From Podarcis tiliguerta (Eukaryota): a stretch of 64,000 nucleotides of DNA. Positions 1 to 13,378 of the stretch are shown piece after piece. The notes beneath the pieces were generated by a model, which made no database searches, was not told the DNA's origin, and worked only from the letters and a program-made list of their open reading frames with translations. Positions within the stretch are counted from its first letter, which is position 1. Every line of letters starts with the position of its first letter. The translations under genes were made by a program, and so were the position numbers. Where the stretch lies: the NCBI GenBank assembly GCA_965153285.1, contig OZ229112.1; one strand, written 5' to 3'.

Positions 1-864
1 TTCATGTTTTCTTCAGTTTAAGTCCCATTGAACATCCTCACACTTCACCTTAAATGGCAGTGGAAGCCTATGCGTGTTTACTCGGAAGTAATTCTCACTG
101 TGTTCAGTGAATTCAGTTAAGTGTGCTTAGGATTTCAGTCTGGGTTATGGATTGGATTGTAAGAACTGACAGAACACATTTTCTTTATATTTCCAGTTTC
201 CTGATAACTGCTAAGCTAATGTGCTGTTTGGATGTGTAATTATGGCGTCCTGCATTTTATAATTATATGGGTATTCATGTCTTAGTAACAAAGCTGTCCT
301 ATTCACAGTCATTGTTTTTTGTGGTGGGTTTTGTTTTATTCTCCCCCCCCCCCCCGAATGATTCACATTTGAGATTCAGTAAACAGAACCTTGCTACTTG
401 TGTGAAGCTGTCATTTAACCATGAAATGAAATGCTTTTATGGAGTTTGCCCTCCAGATATGGTCCTCTGTGGCAGTGCTGTCCATATTTGGTGGCTGTAC
501 AAGGAGAGCCAGGTGGTGCTGCAAAGCACAGCACAGTGAAGCGTGGACAGATCTAGGTTTGACATTTGTCATCCTGCACTGCTGAAGGGGAGAGAAAAAT
601 CTGCTTTTCCATATGCTTCTGCTCTAATTTTTGCCTGCAGTTTTGTCCAGATGGCCTTGTGAGCATTGTTTACTTTAAGATGTTGTCCCAGATGTTGTTG
701 AATGCCGATGGATAAATGAAACAACTGTGGTAGTCCAATATGCAGATTATGTACACAATTTTGACTTTTTTAAAAAATAAAAAGTAACCAGTATGTTTAT
801 GTATTATTTTTTTACTTTGGCAAAAATTCTTTCTACTTTAATTTACTTTTAAAAGAAAAGAGCC

Positions 865-1060
865 AGTATATGGTAGTAGATAGATGCTGGGTTTAGACAG
901 ACACATCCAGGGTTCAAATCTCTGGTTAGTGATAAAGCTCAGTGGGTTTATCTTCCAGCCTAACTTTCTTTCACATAATTGTTGTGAGGATAACATTTGC
1001 CAGGGGGTGGGGGCGGGGAGCTGTGTGTGCTCTGTTGAGCTCTGTTTAGGTGAGATATAT
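865..1060 (+). mobile_element. Degenerate MIR/CORE-like SINE
   Basis: tRNA B-box-like gggttcaaatc followed by cagcctaac...cac...ttgttgtgaggataa core; similar relics near 10505-10580 and 30950-31020. Confidence 0.45.
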
Positions 1061-1321
1061 TAATGAACGTGTTGTATAAGTTTTATGCCACTGGAGATTT
1101 TAGAGACTTGCATTGTGAATGAGGTTTTTATGGGTGCACCATTTGGAGAATGCACCCCTCAGGTTTCTGATCTTAGAGACACAGCAGGATCGGCTGCATC
1201 ACCAAGTTCCTTATGGGAAACTTGATCACACAGCTGATCCATGCAGAAAACGGCACACACAGTTGTACGAAGTGCAGCACAAGTATGTTTCCACTATTAT
1301 ATTGAATATGCAGTTGATTCA

Positions 1322-1323
<2 letters not shown>

Positions 1324-1381
<58 letters not shown>

Positions 1382-1383
1382 AC
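1324..1383. repeat. Compound (TC)n(AC)n microsatellite
   Basis: Directly visible. Confidence 0.98.
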
Positions 1384-4299
1384 TTATACAAAGTGAACTA
1401 GCTCAATAAAGCAGCTCCTGAATCTCCTGGCATGTCTTGTTTGCTTTTTACTGGCCTCTATTAGTGAACTTGGGTGTATTCTATATGAACTGCCTCATTA
1501 CGAGCATCAGGCAGTGGGGGTGGTGTCAAAAATGAAATTGCATCTTTTGCAAACCCAGGCATAATTTCAAAAAAAATGTGCTTTGACTGGAAGGCAGGGA
1601 AATCATTCCAGCCATCTTATGTCAGCTATAATAGGAATATTTAACCATATTTGGTTTCTTTCATTATTTATTTATAGTCCCCCCACCCTCCCCAACCACC
1701 TCCCTATTTTTCGACAGAGGATGTAAGTATCTAAGGGTAATGCATAGAGAAATCTTTCTGTATGAGAGTTCTGTTAATGTAAATAGGTCTGTTTAGTTAT
1801 TTCTCAAGAACGCTTAATGAGTCCTCAGTATGTAACTCATTAGGGCAAATATATGAATTCATATGTCAAAATGTAGATTGCAGCACTGCAGCTCTTGGCA
1901 TCCATTAAGTCCATAACTTGTTCACATTGACATGCATTGTTAATCAATACTTGAAATGCTGCAGATGTCAGTAATGTTCATATTTAGTACAGCAGCCATG
2001 ACAGTATGAAAGTTGCTAGTAGAAATCTAGGCTAAATACTGTGTCTCAAGTATTCTTATTACCTCTAGGCTACAAGTTAATGGCTGTCTAACTTCACTGC
2101 CCCATATATATTTAAGCAATAAGGCAAATAGGGAAATACAAGGACACCGTACTGGTAGCACATTATATTACAGTTTGTTTAAATATATTGGATTTTAAAG
2201 GTTTAAGGCAAATAGCAAGCAGTTGCTTCATCTTGTTCTAAATTAACAAGTCCGTGTCACATGGTGAACTGTGGTGGGCAGAGAACAGTGCAAGTATGTT
2301 GTGGGGAAAACATATCTATCCGGTTGTTGAAGATCTGCTACAAACAAATTTGAGCTCTTGCTCTCCTGATGGGCAGGGTGCTAAGGCTACAATTCTATAC
2401 ATCTCTGCAAGTAAGTCAGAGTCAACTTAATAGGACTAACTTCTGAGTAGAGGTGTGTTGAATTGTGCTGCATGATTCCCACTTCTGCCACCACTGGAAT
2501 ATTGATAAACTAGACTTCCTATCATTTGGCAAATACTCTGCATTTTATAAGTTCCATGAAAGGCCCATCAGACATAGTGTAATAGTCAACAGAGGCTGTG
2601 AGGGGAGTGTCGTGTGATTCTTGGCTACATTAAGGGAAATAATGGAAGTTTGTAGACTGTAGGCTGTTACTTGCACTTGGTTCCCATTTAAATCAATAGG
2701 ACTTAAGTCATGACTAAAAACAGAAGAATGTTCATCAAGGATAATATGGACTGTAGTGATCTGATCGTCAATGGAATAAAGAAACATATATTTTGGTTTG
2801 CATTTTAAGATATATATGTATGTCTAAATTGGCTAACTTTTAATGGTGTATCTATGTGCATTCTGTATAGTATGGATAGGATGTATATCTTTTTGAATTG
2901 ATGGTTGAAATGACCATGATGACCAACAACATGATACTAAGTCATGACTGTTTGGCTCCATTGATAACTAACTTTTCATGTGTCCAACCCAGAATATTCA
3001 GGATTATTTCAGAAAGTAATGCTGTTCTCTGAACTGTGTATTTATGTTTTAATGTTTAAGGGTTCTCTTACTTTAAGGAGTTGAAAACTGGGGTTATGCT
3101 TGGGTATATGCATCATCCTCCCCACCCCAAAGTCTCAAGTTAGCGGAGCACGCCTGGCGGGATAATAGTTTTTCAGCCTCAAATGCTTTTGCTAATAGAG
3201 CAGCATTGTTGCTGCCCTTTGAATCATTGGCCATATATATATGATCTGCTATCTATAATTCTTTGGGCCATAGATACCATGTGTCTTACACATCTTGAAC
3301 ATTGGAGTCATGTACACAGTGCATGTTACTATGTACTTGAAAATATATTTGAAGTATTGCAAGACACAGAAATTGCCCTACATGTATGAGTCCGGTATAG
3401 CCTTTAGATTTTTATAGCCTTTTTAATCATATGATTTGCCAACATCTATATATAACCCTCATTTAGATATACAGTTACATATAAGTATAGCCCTCATACC
3501 AGAGAACACCTAAATGTGCGGCTGGTTTGGGATAAAGGCTGAGAGCCACTTCACACATGACGGTTTTACCATTATAAATACCTGTTTTAGGCTTGTTCAA
3601 GGTGTATGTGCTAGCCCCACCAAATTTTGTTTTTTTTCTTTTAACGGATGATTCCATACCATACCCTAAGCTGCTTTCAAAATTTATATTTATTTATCTA
3701 TCTATCTATCAATCAATCAATCAATCACATTGCTCCAGCAAAACCCAGTGGGTGTACCACAAAATATAACAGCAAAATTACATCAAAGTTTAAAACACAG
3801 TTAAGGTGTATCTCTAATCTGGTCCTTTGGGGAAAATTTTAGACTTCTGTTAAAGAAAAGGGAGTCAGAAATTCCCTTAAACATGTAGTTCATAGAAGCA
3901 TGAGTTGGAAGGGAACCCAAGGGACATATAGTCAGCTCTCTGCATTGCTCAGATATTGAAAGTTCAGATATTGCCTGTAGTTTGAACACTTTGCTTACAC
4001 ACTTATATGAGTTTGAGAACCGCCAATATGACAGGACAATAAGATTCTGACTAGCAAACCTTCCTATGTCAAGAGTACAAACATAGTATTCAGCACATGT
4101 GATGGTAAATGTGCTAGCTGATCCCAAACTCATAAAAAGTGTGTTCAAATACCTTAAGGAACTTGGTGTTATTCTAATTAGATTTTATTGATCAAGCATC
4201 TGTGGATAAGTCTTCACTGCTTTGTCTTTTATATCAGCTTCATAAGCACACAGTGACTTTCTACCCATAGTTGTTACTGCTATTTCTTTTCTATTAAAG

Positions 4300-4451
4300 G
4301 TTCATCATCAAAAATTATATGGTTACATGGAGAAAACAATGAAGCAAGTGACATATTAAAGGGCAAAGGCATCAGCTCTAGTTGGGCGTCAGTTCCGGTT
4401 AAAGGCATTAATAACCTAGGGAACACATGCTTCTTTAATGCTGTCATGCAG
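4300..4451 (+). CDS. USP45: USP45 coding exon containing the catalytic Cys box (first USP45 exon seen in window)
   Basis: aag|GT...CAG|gtaag; translates SSSKIIWLHGENNEASDILKGKGISSSWASVPVKGINNLGNTCFFNAVMQ; USP Cys box GNTCFFN (Cys codon 4428-4430), matching recalled USP45 RGITNLGNTCFFNAVMQ. Confidence 0.96.
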
Positions 4452-5303
4452 GTAAGAATTAAGATGCATCACCGTATTCTGAAGGTACACCTATGTATTT
4501 CATTAAGGCTGCAGGTTGCACTTATTTTTGTCTTGGGTTCCGAAACATACTGATAAAAATTTGGTAAGACTGTGCATAATGAATTTCCTTGTTAGCCTTC
4601 TTCTACTGCACTGGCTACCTAGGACAGCTCCATCCTGTTTTCTGAACTTTCACCTGATGCTGGGCTACATTTTCAGTTATTTTATATTACTTAGCAATAT
4701 ATCAGTACCTTTATTCTTGTAGCAGTTGCATTTCAAGGTGCAGTGGGAGATAAGGAGAAGTGCAAGGGCCAGCTTTAATTAAACTGTAGCACAAAGGTGA
4801 TCTACTATTCCTGGAGTTGTGCTGCTCTTTTTTTTTATTTTTTAAAAAGTCAAAATAAATGAGCTCCTAAATGGAATGGAGGAAGAATAAGGAGAAACAT
4901 TGATCTAAAGATGTCATCTAGCTGATGTATTTGTTGAGTGAAGAAACTATGATAATTTTGAACTGAGCAGCTAGTGTAGAAGCAGCTTTTCTCTCAGTTC
5001 GCGGAGTGTTGTTGCTGCTGTGTGGCCAGTTAGAATTTGAAGTATATATTTTTAAAATGGCAGTTTGCAGAACTTGAAACTTGAGGGAATTTCGAAAGCA
5101 GTTTTTGATGTGGCATAGGCAGCTGCACATTAAATAAAGGATAGAAGCCTCGCTAAAGGAGCTCTTTGGATTGTGATTATACCACAGCCATTAAGGAGAA
5201 TTATGCTTGCCACAGTATAAATTTACTTTCAATAATAATTTGTTAGAGTAGTCCAGTTAACAAATAAATATCATCTATAACCTTTCCTTCCTTTTTTCTT
5301 TAG

Positions 5304-5399
5304 AACATGGCACAGACACACTTGTTAAATGAACTAATGTGTGAAGTTAAAGAAAAGGGGACAAAGCTTAAAATTGGTCAGAGTCCTGCATCTCAACTG
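5304..5399 (+). CDS. USP45: USP45 coding exon
   Basis: Polypyrimidine tract + tag|AAC...CTG|gtaag; NMAQTHLLNELMCEVKEKGTKLKIGQSPASQL; 96 nt, phase 0-0. Confidence 0.95.
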
Positions 5400-5725
5400 G
5401 TAAGCATTTAGTGAGAAATGCTTTGTGTGAAATATTCAGAGGACTCTCCTTTGGGAATGGCATTGACTGGACATTGAAAAATGATAATGGTGAATATATT
5501 CTTGACCAATTTAATATTCATTCAGTGATCACAATATCTGCCTCTACTTTAGTTTTTAGACATATTGTTCTATAAAATTAGTGACTGGGGTGATGTTCTG
5601 CTAAATTAAAAGAGAGTGTGACTTGAGTTTTGCTTTCCAGCTTCCTGTAGTCGTCTGGTCACTGTTGGAACAGGATGTGAGACTAGATGGACCTTGAGAT
5701 TCAGCAGTGTTCTTATTTCTTAAAG

Positions 5726-6451
5726 CAGAGGTTTTCAACCTTTTTTGAGTCCAAGGCACCCTTGACCAACTACATTCTTAATGTGGTGCCCCTGTGGGGC
5801 TCAAGAGCCCAGTTATGTCACCCCTTGTCTGCATAGCTGGCAGCCTCTCAGCTTTTTCAAACCTCCTCTCCTCTCCCCATTCCTCTGCCACCCCGGTCTC
5901 TGAGCTGCCCCCCTCCATGTCCCAAAGAGAGGTGCCTCCTCACACTGCCCCACAGTGGCTTGGGAAGAGGATGCCTCCAGCCTTAGTGGCCCAATGGAGG
6001 CTAGCCAAAGGTGAATGTGAGGCCAGCACCTTACCTTGGGAGGCAGCAGTGGCAGCAGCAGGTGCTGATGGGTCTAAAGGCTCCACTTCAGCACTGGGCA
6101 CTCAGCTCCCAGGCAGGCTTTGCACACAACAAGCACAAGAAAGGTCAGTGTGGTGCCTGCTTGCCTGCCCGGCCTCCCATTTCTCCATTCCCAACAGCAA
6201 GGGCCGGCTGACTGGTCTCCTCCTTGCAGCTCCTGGCAACCAGCACCCCCTGGCAAGCCCCAGAGGCGCCATTCACCTGGGGAACTTGTAGCCAAGACTG
6301 CTGCAACAAACAGCTGTGCAAGCCTTTAGGAGGCAGAGACGCGAGAGGGCATCAAAAGGAAAAAGGGACAGAGGCCAGTGTTGCCTGTGGCACCCCTGAC
6401 CATCCTTCAGGGCACCCCAGGGTGCTACGGCACACTGGTTGAAAACCACTG
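5726..6451. mobile_element. Non-autonomous hAT (Charlie-like) DNA transposon
   Basis: TIRs cagaggttttcaacc / ggttgaaaaccactg (14/15); degenerate 8-bp TSD tcttaaag / ttttaagg; GC-rich interior explains the cluster of spurious ORFs. Confidence 0.8.
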
Positions 6452-6890
6452 TTTTAAGGAGAAACTGATGTCCAATTTTGTCTCCGAATAACATTTCAAC
6501 TCACACATGTCTTTTTCATGCTCATCTCTAAAACAAAATTAAAAATCACACTTGACTTTTTAAAAAAATTATTCTTGTAAAATGTGTTTTAGTCTATATA
6601 TTGCACTTCCTTATGTTGATACATGGCAAGGCATGTTAAATCTTGCTTTGTTCTTTGATTGCTTGTTCAAAGTGCTCACCAAGTAGACTGTCCTCAAACA
6701 AAATGCTATGTTTTAAATGTAGGATTCTACAAATTGTTTTTCTTTACACAGAAATTGCCAACCTTGAGAGGTTTAGGGTTCCCGCCTTTTCCTAATTTTA
6801 ATTAGCTGTTTCATCAACTGTTTAGTTTACATTTATAAATTAAGAGGAAGTACTGTGAATTAACGTCTGATATTTATTTTGATCCTAAAG

Positions 6891-7021
6891 GAACCTTTGG
6901 TAGTGAACCTTTCAAGTCCTGGGCCACTGACTTCAGCTATGTTCCTGTTCCTTCACAGCATGAAAGAAACTGGAAAAGGGCCTCTTTCTCCCAAAGTTCT
7001 TTTCAGCCAGCTCTGTCAAAA
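6891..7021 (+). CDS. USP45: USP45 coding exon
   Basis: aag|GAA...AA|gtaag; [44 protein letters not shown]; phase 0-2. Confidence 0.96.
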
Positions 7022-10000
7022 GTAAGAGCAACTTCACGTTGGTAGCATGTTTCACATGCATGGCATCTATACGTTAAATTTGAAATGCTTTGCCTAACAT
7101 AATCCTTTTTATTTAGATCAGTAGAAATTTATTATGGCGTATCATGTTGAAATAAAACGGCAATGATTTTTATACGAGTTTTTCCCTCTTAACTGTTAGG
7201 TTATTGAGGAAAAAAGAAAGAAATTGATGATTCTTTCTATAGCAACTGTTCTGCGTCTGGTACTAATTCATCCACTGTTAATTTTGTTAGTGTTGCAGCT
7301 GTCAGACGTTTTGCTAAGACAGATTGTGTGCATAGCTACAGGGCCCTTCTGTTTGTTTTCCACTATTCTGAATATTAGGGATGCATACTTTTGACTTATC
7401 TAGAGACTTAGTGGCTCACACAACATTTATGTACTAAGAGGACATAAATAATTCTTTTATTTGTTACGGCTGGGTAATTTTATCAGTGGAAGAAATTGTG
7501 AAGCCAGGTATTATGGCAGTACTCCTTGCTATTGAGTAGATTTTCAGCTGAATTGGAAAGTGGAGCTTTGTTTCTGCTTGGTGTGCTCACAAAATGCAGT
7601 TATTGGTGTTTTTTAAAAACCCAAACTTGTGCTTTAGCATTGCTGGGTAACGTTTCCTTTATTAGCAGTAATGCAGTGATAACTATGGTGTCTTGTAATT
7701 TGGAGCTTAGAAAAGCCAGTAGTTTGTAAGAAAAGGAGAAAGTCACATAGTAGGCAAAAGAGGAACTTGTCTCATCTTGGTTCTTTTTCTGGATAACCAC
7801 AGATGGTTCAGATTGAAAAACACCACCACTTAGTATATGTGTCACTTCTTTTTGCTCTAGATATTTTTTAAGGCATCAGCTACACAATCCTATACATCTG
7901 TAAATCATATATACAATTTTCAGCCTCAAGGCCACGTTCCTTCACAAAGAACTGCATTCTAGTGGTGGGTGGTTCCACCGGTCAAGTGGGTAGAACAATG
8001 TATGTGGGCAGAGCAATGGAGGGATGTGTGTTCATGCACACACCAACATACACACACTTATCCCCAAGTAAGGTAATAATTATAACCCTTTTAGGACACA
8101 TATTCCAGCCGAGCAAAAGCACTCAGGAAAGGCATGGGAACAGGGCCAGAGAGAGGTGTGGCTTAGGGAGAGTACTGAGAAGTAACTAGAGATCTGAAGA
8201 GTTTCATTTAGCTCTTGGGCCTGAGATTCTCCATTATGTTTACTTGGAAATAAGTGCCACTGTTTTAAATGGTGCTTACTTCCTAGTTACATACATTTAG
8301 GATTGCAGCCTTAAATCTGTGGCTTAAGATCTGTGAAGGATGAAGTGGGGCCCATGGGTACCATTTTCTGGTATCCAGAGCTAAACAAATGAATGGGAGG
8401 CATTTCTCCCCTGCTCCCTCCTTCATTAATTTTAAATTTACAATTAATAGGAACAGGATAATTTCCTATTTTTAGAATTCTGTTGTCCTGCCTCTCTACA
8501 ATTATGTAGGGTGAGGTGCTGTTAGTATACAACTACCTTAAGTTTCTAAAACATCTACATTTTAAAAAAGAAAATTCTTAAGCATGTTTTAATATTTGTA
8601 GTTACAACTACTCTTGCAATCCAAGAATGCTATCAAAGATTCAAACGAATTTGAAATTCTACCCTACCCTGTGTAAATGTTTCTTCATTGTCATTACCTA
8701 ACACACCATTTGTTTTTCTTCCCATAAATTTGGGATAGGAAACTTTTGACCCGTGGGTCTGATTAGGTCTGCCAGGCCTCCCTGTTTGGTCCACAAGGCC
8801 ACTTCATCCAAGCCACACTCATCTTCCCTACACCGTACATCATATATGACATCACATGTGTGGCAGGTAAAAATCTGGCTCAGTCGAAAGAGAGTTTGCT
8901 GGCTCTGCTGAGCAGCCGATTAGTGGTACCTACTGTCCAATCTTGGGGGTGTGGTGGATCGTTATCTCCCTTGGCTCTCCTGGGGCCAAGTTTTAAAGTC
9001 AGTTACTTAATATCACAATGACATTAGGTGACTTTTTTGCCCTGCACTTGCACAGCACCTTTCAAACAAGAGTCTTGCTAAACCCCTTTCAAAGCGCTTT
9101 GCAGACAACACAGATCAGCTCATTGGCAGTGCTTGCAAACCATTTTTTGGCTGAACTGGTCTTCTACCTTCTCCATGTGGTTGTGGCTTGTCTGAAACAG
9201 CCTCATGGACCACATGGGGAGACCTGGCAGACCTGATTAAGTCCAAGGGCCAGAGGCTCCTTGCCCTATGCAAAGCACTTTGGAAGGGGCTTATTTTTCG
9301 GTCCCACTAAGCCCATTTCAAAGTGTTGTCTCGCGGAGCACTTGAAAGGGGCTCTGCAAGTGAGGGTCAAAAAGTAATCTAAGATCGTTGTGACTTTAAA
9401 TATTTTTAAATTCTAAGCTTTTTAAATTCACTACTAACTCGAACCTGGCATACTGGTGACATACTCTATTTCTTGTGACATACTGTATTTCTTGTGATAA
9501 ACCTTTGATATTGATATCGCTACAGTATTATTGTCCATAAAAATATTTATCAAAACTTTCCTACCCATTCTTAAGTTACACCATTAAGTTTTCAAGCTAT
9601 TTGTTTGATGAAGAAAAACATTGTTTCTCGTTTTGCAGATCAGAGTATTCTGGTTCTTTTTCTGTTTATCTGTGTCTATGCCTACCATGATGATGCTTGG
9701 TTGATGCAGTGAAATGTTTGCTTAGTTTATATCCTGCTCTTCCTCCCTGAAGGAGTCCAGGGTGGCAGTCTTGACATTTAATTTTTTCCTTGGAGTTGAT
9801 AATTAACAGTGCATATTTGGTTTAAATGTACTGACAACCGAATCATGAAAGTTTTACCTAAAATAAATTCTCCTTCACTTAAAATGAATAGATGCTATAT
9901 CTAAGTACTGGCTAAATATTTAGGTGTTATTCAAAACAGTTCTGTTTTGTACCATGTTGAGCATTGAGATGGTAGACTTGAGTTGCCATGACATAGCTGT

Positions 10001-11748
10001 CACAGTTGTCCTTCACTACTTATGGCCATTAACAGGAATTCAACCTGTTCTGTCATTTATACTGCTGACACTGTACAACAGGTTGTAGCGCATTGACACT
10101 GGCTTCCATATGTTAGCACATCTGTGAACGGTCAGTTCAACCAACCATCTTAGAGTCCTCCACTTTTGCCAAGGATCTTGCTTGGAGCATATTTTCAAGG
10201 AGACAAGAATGCACATCTTTTAGTTGTCAAATCTGAACATATCAATGCTGATTAGAGCTTTTCTATTTCCCCTTTCCTACACACTCCCCCCCCACTCTTC
10301 TTTCTTTAGCTTTTTTGACAAAGGTTTCCTGTAGAAATCTTTCCATTTCTCACTAAGAATTTTAGTGTAGTACTGTATGTTAACAGACATTAATATTTAT
10401 TGCTCATAGGCCTTAAGCAACTGGCTTAACCACAAAATGTCTTATTTTTAATCTGCTGTACTTTTGTCATTTTATATTGAAAAGTGTGTTGATTACACCT
10501 TTATAGCATGTGACCTTGGGCCAGCCTTCATCTCTCAGCCTGCCCTAGCCTACTTCACAAGTACTTGTGAATAAAATGGTCGGGGGTGGGGTGGGCGGCA
10601 GAGTAAAACTGAGTTTTTTTAGAGGAAAATGTAAGTAGTTCCAGTAGAAAGTGTGTTGATGGCTTGTGTCACAATAAATGGCAGAGAAGATTCAGAAAAT
10701 GTTCTGCAAGGTGTCCTCGTTTTCAACTGTAGGTGAGAAAAAGAGAAAACTTCAGAAAGAAATACTTTATGAGAAATTTTGGGTTAGCTCTAACATTTTT
10801 CTTCTTGCATTCACTAACTGGTACAATTGTATAAGACCTTGACGGAAAAGGCCTTGGTTGGGCAAATGACAAATGAAATTACTGTATCCAGGACAAGTTG
10901 CTGACATACACTGAAAATTCTTCTGCTGCTCCTACTGTTCAGAACATCTCTCCTCGGGCTAAAACAAAAATTGGAATCAGTTCTTCTAATTTTATTAAAA
11001 GGTGGAACAGGCCAAAGCAGGAAATTCTTTCTTTCCCCATAACTTCAAGTTTTATTAAAGATCACCATAAGCTGTGTTCTGTCAATTATACTCTGGGTTG
11101 TATATCAAGAGGAGTGGACAGGCGTTGTGCATGTGTCCCATTCCACTTCTCTACGCAAATAAGTAATGGCTTTGACATTTACTGGTATTTACAAACAAGT
11201 TTCAGTTTCCCATGAGATAGTGCCTTTCAGGGGCAGCTTAGATAAGAATGTATAGTATTCTGCAGTAAGAATTAGTAAGAATTACTGTTTGTTTTAAAAC
11301 TGACCAGACTCTGAATATAATATTTCAGTTTAAGAAATCAGTCCACCAAAGCCTGTAGCTGACCTGTGTTTAGGTCTAAAATAAATAAAGATCAAACTTC
11401 TGTAATCCTTTCTGGCCTCTTCACCTTGAGACAATACAGTGCTTACTTGCCATGGCTAATCACTATTTATAAGCCTGATACATGTATCTTATCACATTTG
11501 CATTCTGCAGTCTTGCTTGGACAGACCACAGTTAACAATTTATTGTGAATGCACCTAAGAGAACTCTTTCACTACTCTGTATATTTGCTGGGGGGAGGGA
11601 GGGGGGAGCAGGCAGTGGGGAATTTGATCCCTCCCTTTGTGTTATGTCTGAACCAGGGATCATGGTTTGTTTTAACAAACTATGATCAGTACGTCCAGTT
11701 TGATTACCCGGAAAGCCTGGCTTTGCATGGCTTCTCCCTAGCGCAAGC

Positions 11749-11898
11749 CAGTGGCGTAGCGTGGGTTGTCAGCACCCGGGGCAAGGCAATTACTTATTTG
11801 CGCCCCCTAACCCGTGGATTTGCGCCCCCTAACCCTAACCCCCAGATGTTGCGCCCGGTGCGGCCGGCCCCCCCTGCACCCCCCACGCTACGCCACTG
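11749..11898. mobile_element. Young 150-bp hAT-type MITE
   Basis: Perfect 17-bp TIR cagtggcgtagcgtggg / cccacgctacgccactg; perfect 8-bp TSD gcgcaagc (11741-11748, 11899-11906). Confidence 0.92.
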
Positions 11899-12844
11899 GC
11901 GCAAGCAGGGAAGAGTGAAAGAGCCCACTCAGGTGTGATTATTATAAACCACTAACTATATTTTACTATTATGTGTGAACAGGGCCACAGTCTTTTTATG
12001 GAAAATTGAATAGTTTTATAGAAACAATGCTGGTAATGGTGAGCTAAAACCTATTCTTAATTTTCATTAAGCACCTGGCACTGTGCATCTAAGACAGCTG
12101 GTAGTGTGCTGCACTAATGTGACAATACTCTGCTACTCTGTTCAGCAAAGAAGCAAGCTACCTGCTCTTCTACATATTGTAGGACTTTTAAGATTAGCCT
12201 TCATATACTTTATAATAGTTGCTGTGTAACTCTCAATATACCAAAACTCAAGTACCTTTAAATATTTTTTACTGGAACTAAAAAAACCCCATGTCGTTAT
12301 GTGTTCAGAGTGAAGGTCTGTAAATTTCCAGCATTTATTCTAAAATCATAATGCCCTGTGGACTGTCCTGAAAATTGACTGCCTGGATAAATTTGTGAAC
12401 ATCTCTGCAGATTTAAGATCAGCCATTTTATCTCAGAGGTGGTGGGTTGGTGATTTTGGCCACGATTCCAGCAATTATATTTTGTCATAGGAGCAAATGG
12501 CAGCCGTTCACTTATAGGAGAAACTTGACACCACTGTGATAAGGTTGTATCTTTTCTCAAGTGTTGCCCCTACAATTTTGAGTTTTGTTGCCTCTCAGCT
12601 ATGTCTCATATTGAAATCTTTTTGAAAAGTAAGCAAAGCTTATATGCTTTCCAACTCCCTTTCACCTTTATATATTCCTGTTTCTTGCTGTGGTTTTCTC
12701 TTTTTGGCCATGGTTTTCTTTTGATTCCTTAGCAAACACACATTTGTATATAAATTACCTTAATTAGAAAACGTATGATTTTATTATTGAATCTGAAAAC
12801 TCATCTGCTAGAGACGTACTCATTTCTTCTCTCCCGTTTTGCAG

Positions 12845-12932
12845 GGCTCCTCGCTTTAAGGGATTTCAACAGCAGGACAGCCAAGAAGTTCTCCACTATT
12901 TGCTGGATGCAATGAGAATAGAAGAGACAAAG
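12845..12932 (+). CDS. USP45: USP45 coding exon (QQD box)
   Basis: ttttgcag|G...AAG|gtgat; [29 protein letters not shown]; phase 2-0. Confidence 0.96.
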
Positions 12933-13007
12933 GTGATATGTTTGTAAATCAATAAGTAGGCAGTAGACTTAAATTTACATTTCAACTAATTTTTGGTGTT
13001 CTGATAT

Positions 13008-13134
13008 GGTAGTTGAGACAAGCAGAATAGACTCTTAATCTGGGTTCAAGCCCCACGTTGGGGCTTGAAAGATTCCTGCATTGCAGGGTGTTGATCCTTG
13101 TGGTCCCCTCCATCTCTGCAATTCTATGATTCTA
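13008..13134 (+). mobile_element. tRNA(Lys)-derived SINE with CR1-type tail
   Basis: gactcttaatct...gggttcaagccccacgttggg (tRNA-Lys-like) + gattcctgcattgcaggg...ttctatgattcta tail; related 3' fragment at 34924-34996. Confidence 0.7.
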
Positions 13135-13136
13135 TA

Positions 13137-13378
13137 CAATGGTACCTCGGGTTACATACGCTTCAGGTTACATACGCTTCAGGTTACAGACTCCGCTAAC
13201 CCAGAAGTAGTACCTCAGGTTAAGAACTTTGCTTCAGAATGAGAACAGAAATCGTGCTCTGGCGGTGCGGCAGCAGCAGGAGGCCCCATTAGCTAAAGTG
13301 GTGCTTCAGGTTAAGAACAGTTTCAGGTTAAGAATGGACCTCCGGAACGAATTAAGTACTTAACCTAAGGTACCACTG
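13137..13378. mobile_element. Tc1/mariner (Tigger/pogo-like) MITE
   Basis: TA TSD both sides; TIR ca(a)tggtacctcgggtta / taacctaaggtaccactg; internal ttcaggtta repeats. Confidence 0.88.

Noticed and set aside
5794-6494. Cluster of six overlapping ORFs up to 165 aa
   Set aside because: They lie in or overlap a GC-rich non-autonomous hAT element; no transposase or other recognisable motifs.
13008-13065. tRNA-Lys-like sequence (also tRNA-Ala-like at about 23305-23375)
   Set aside because: Truncated and mutated SINE heads; no intact cloverleaf.
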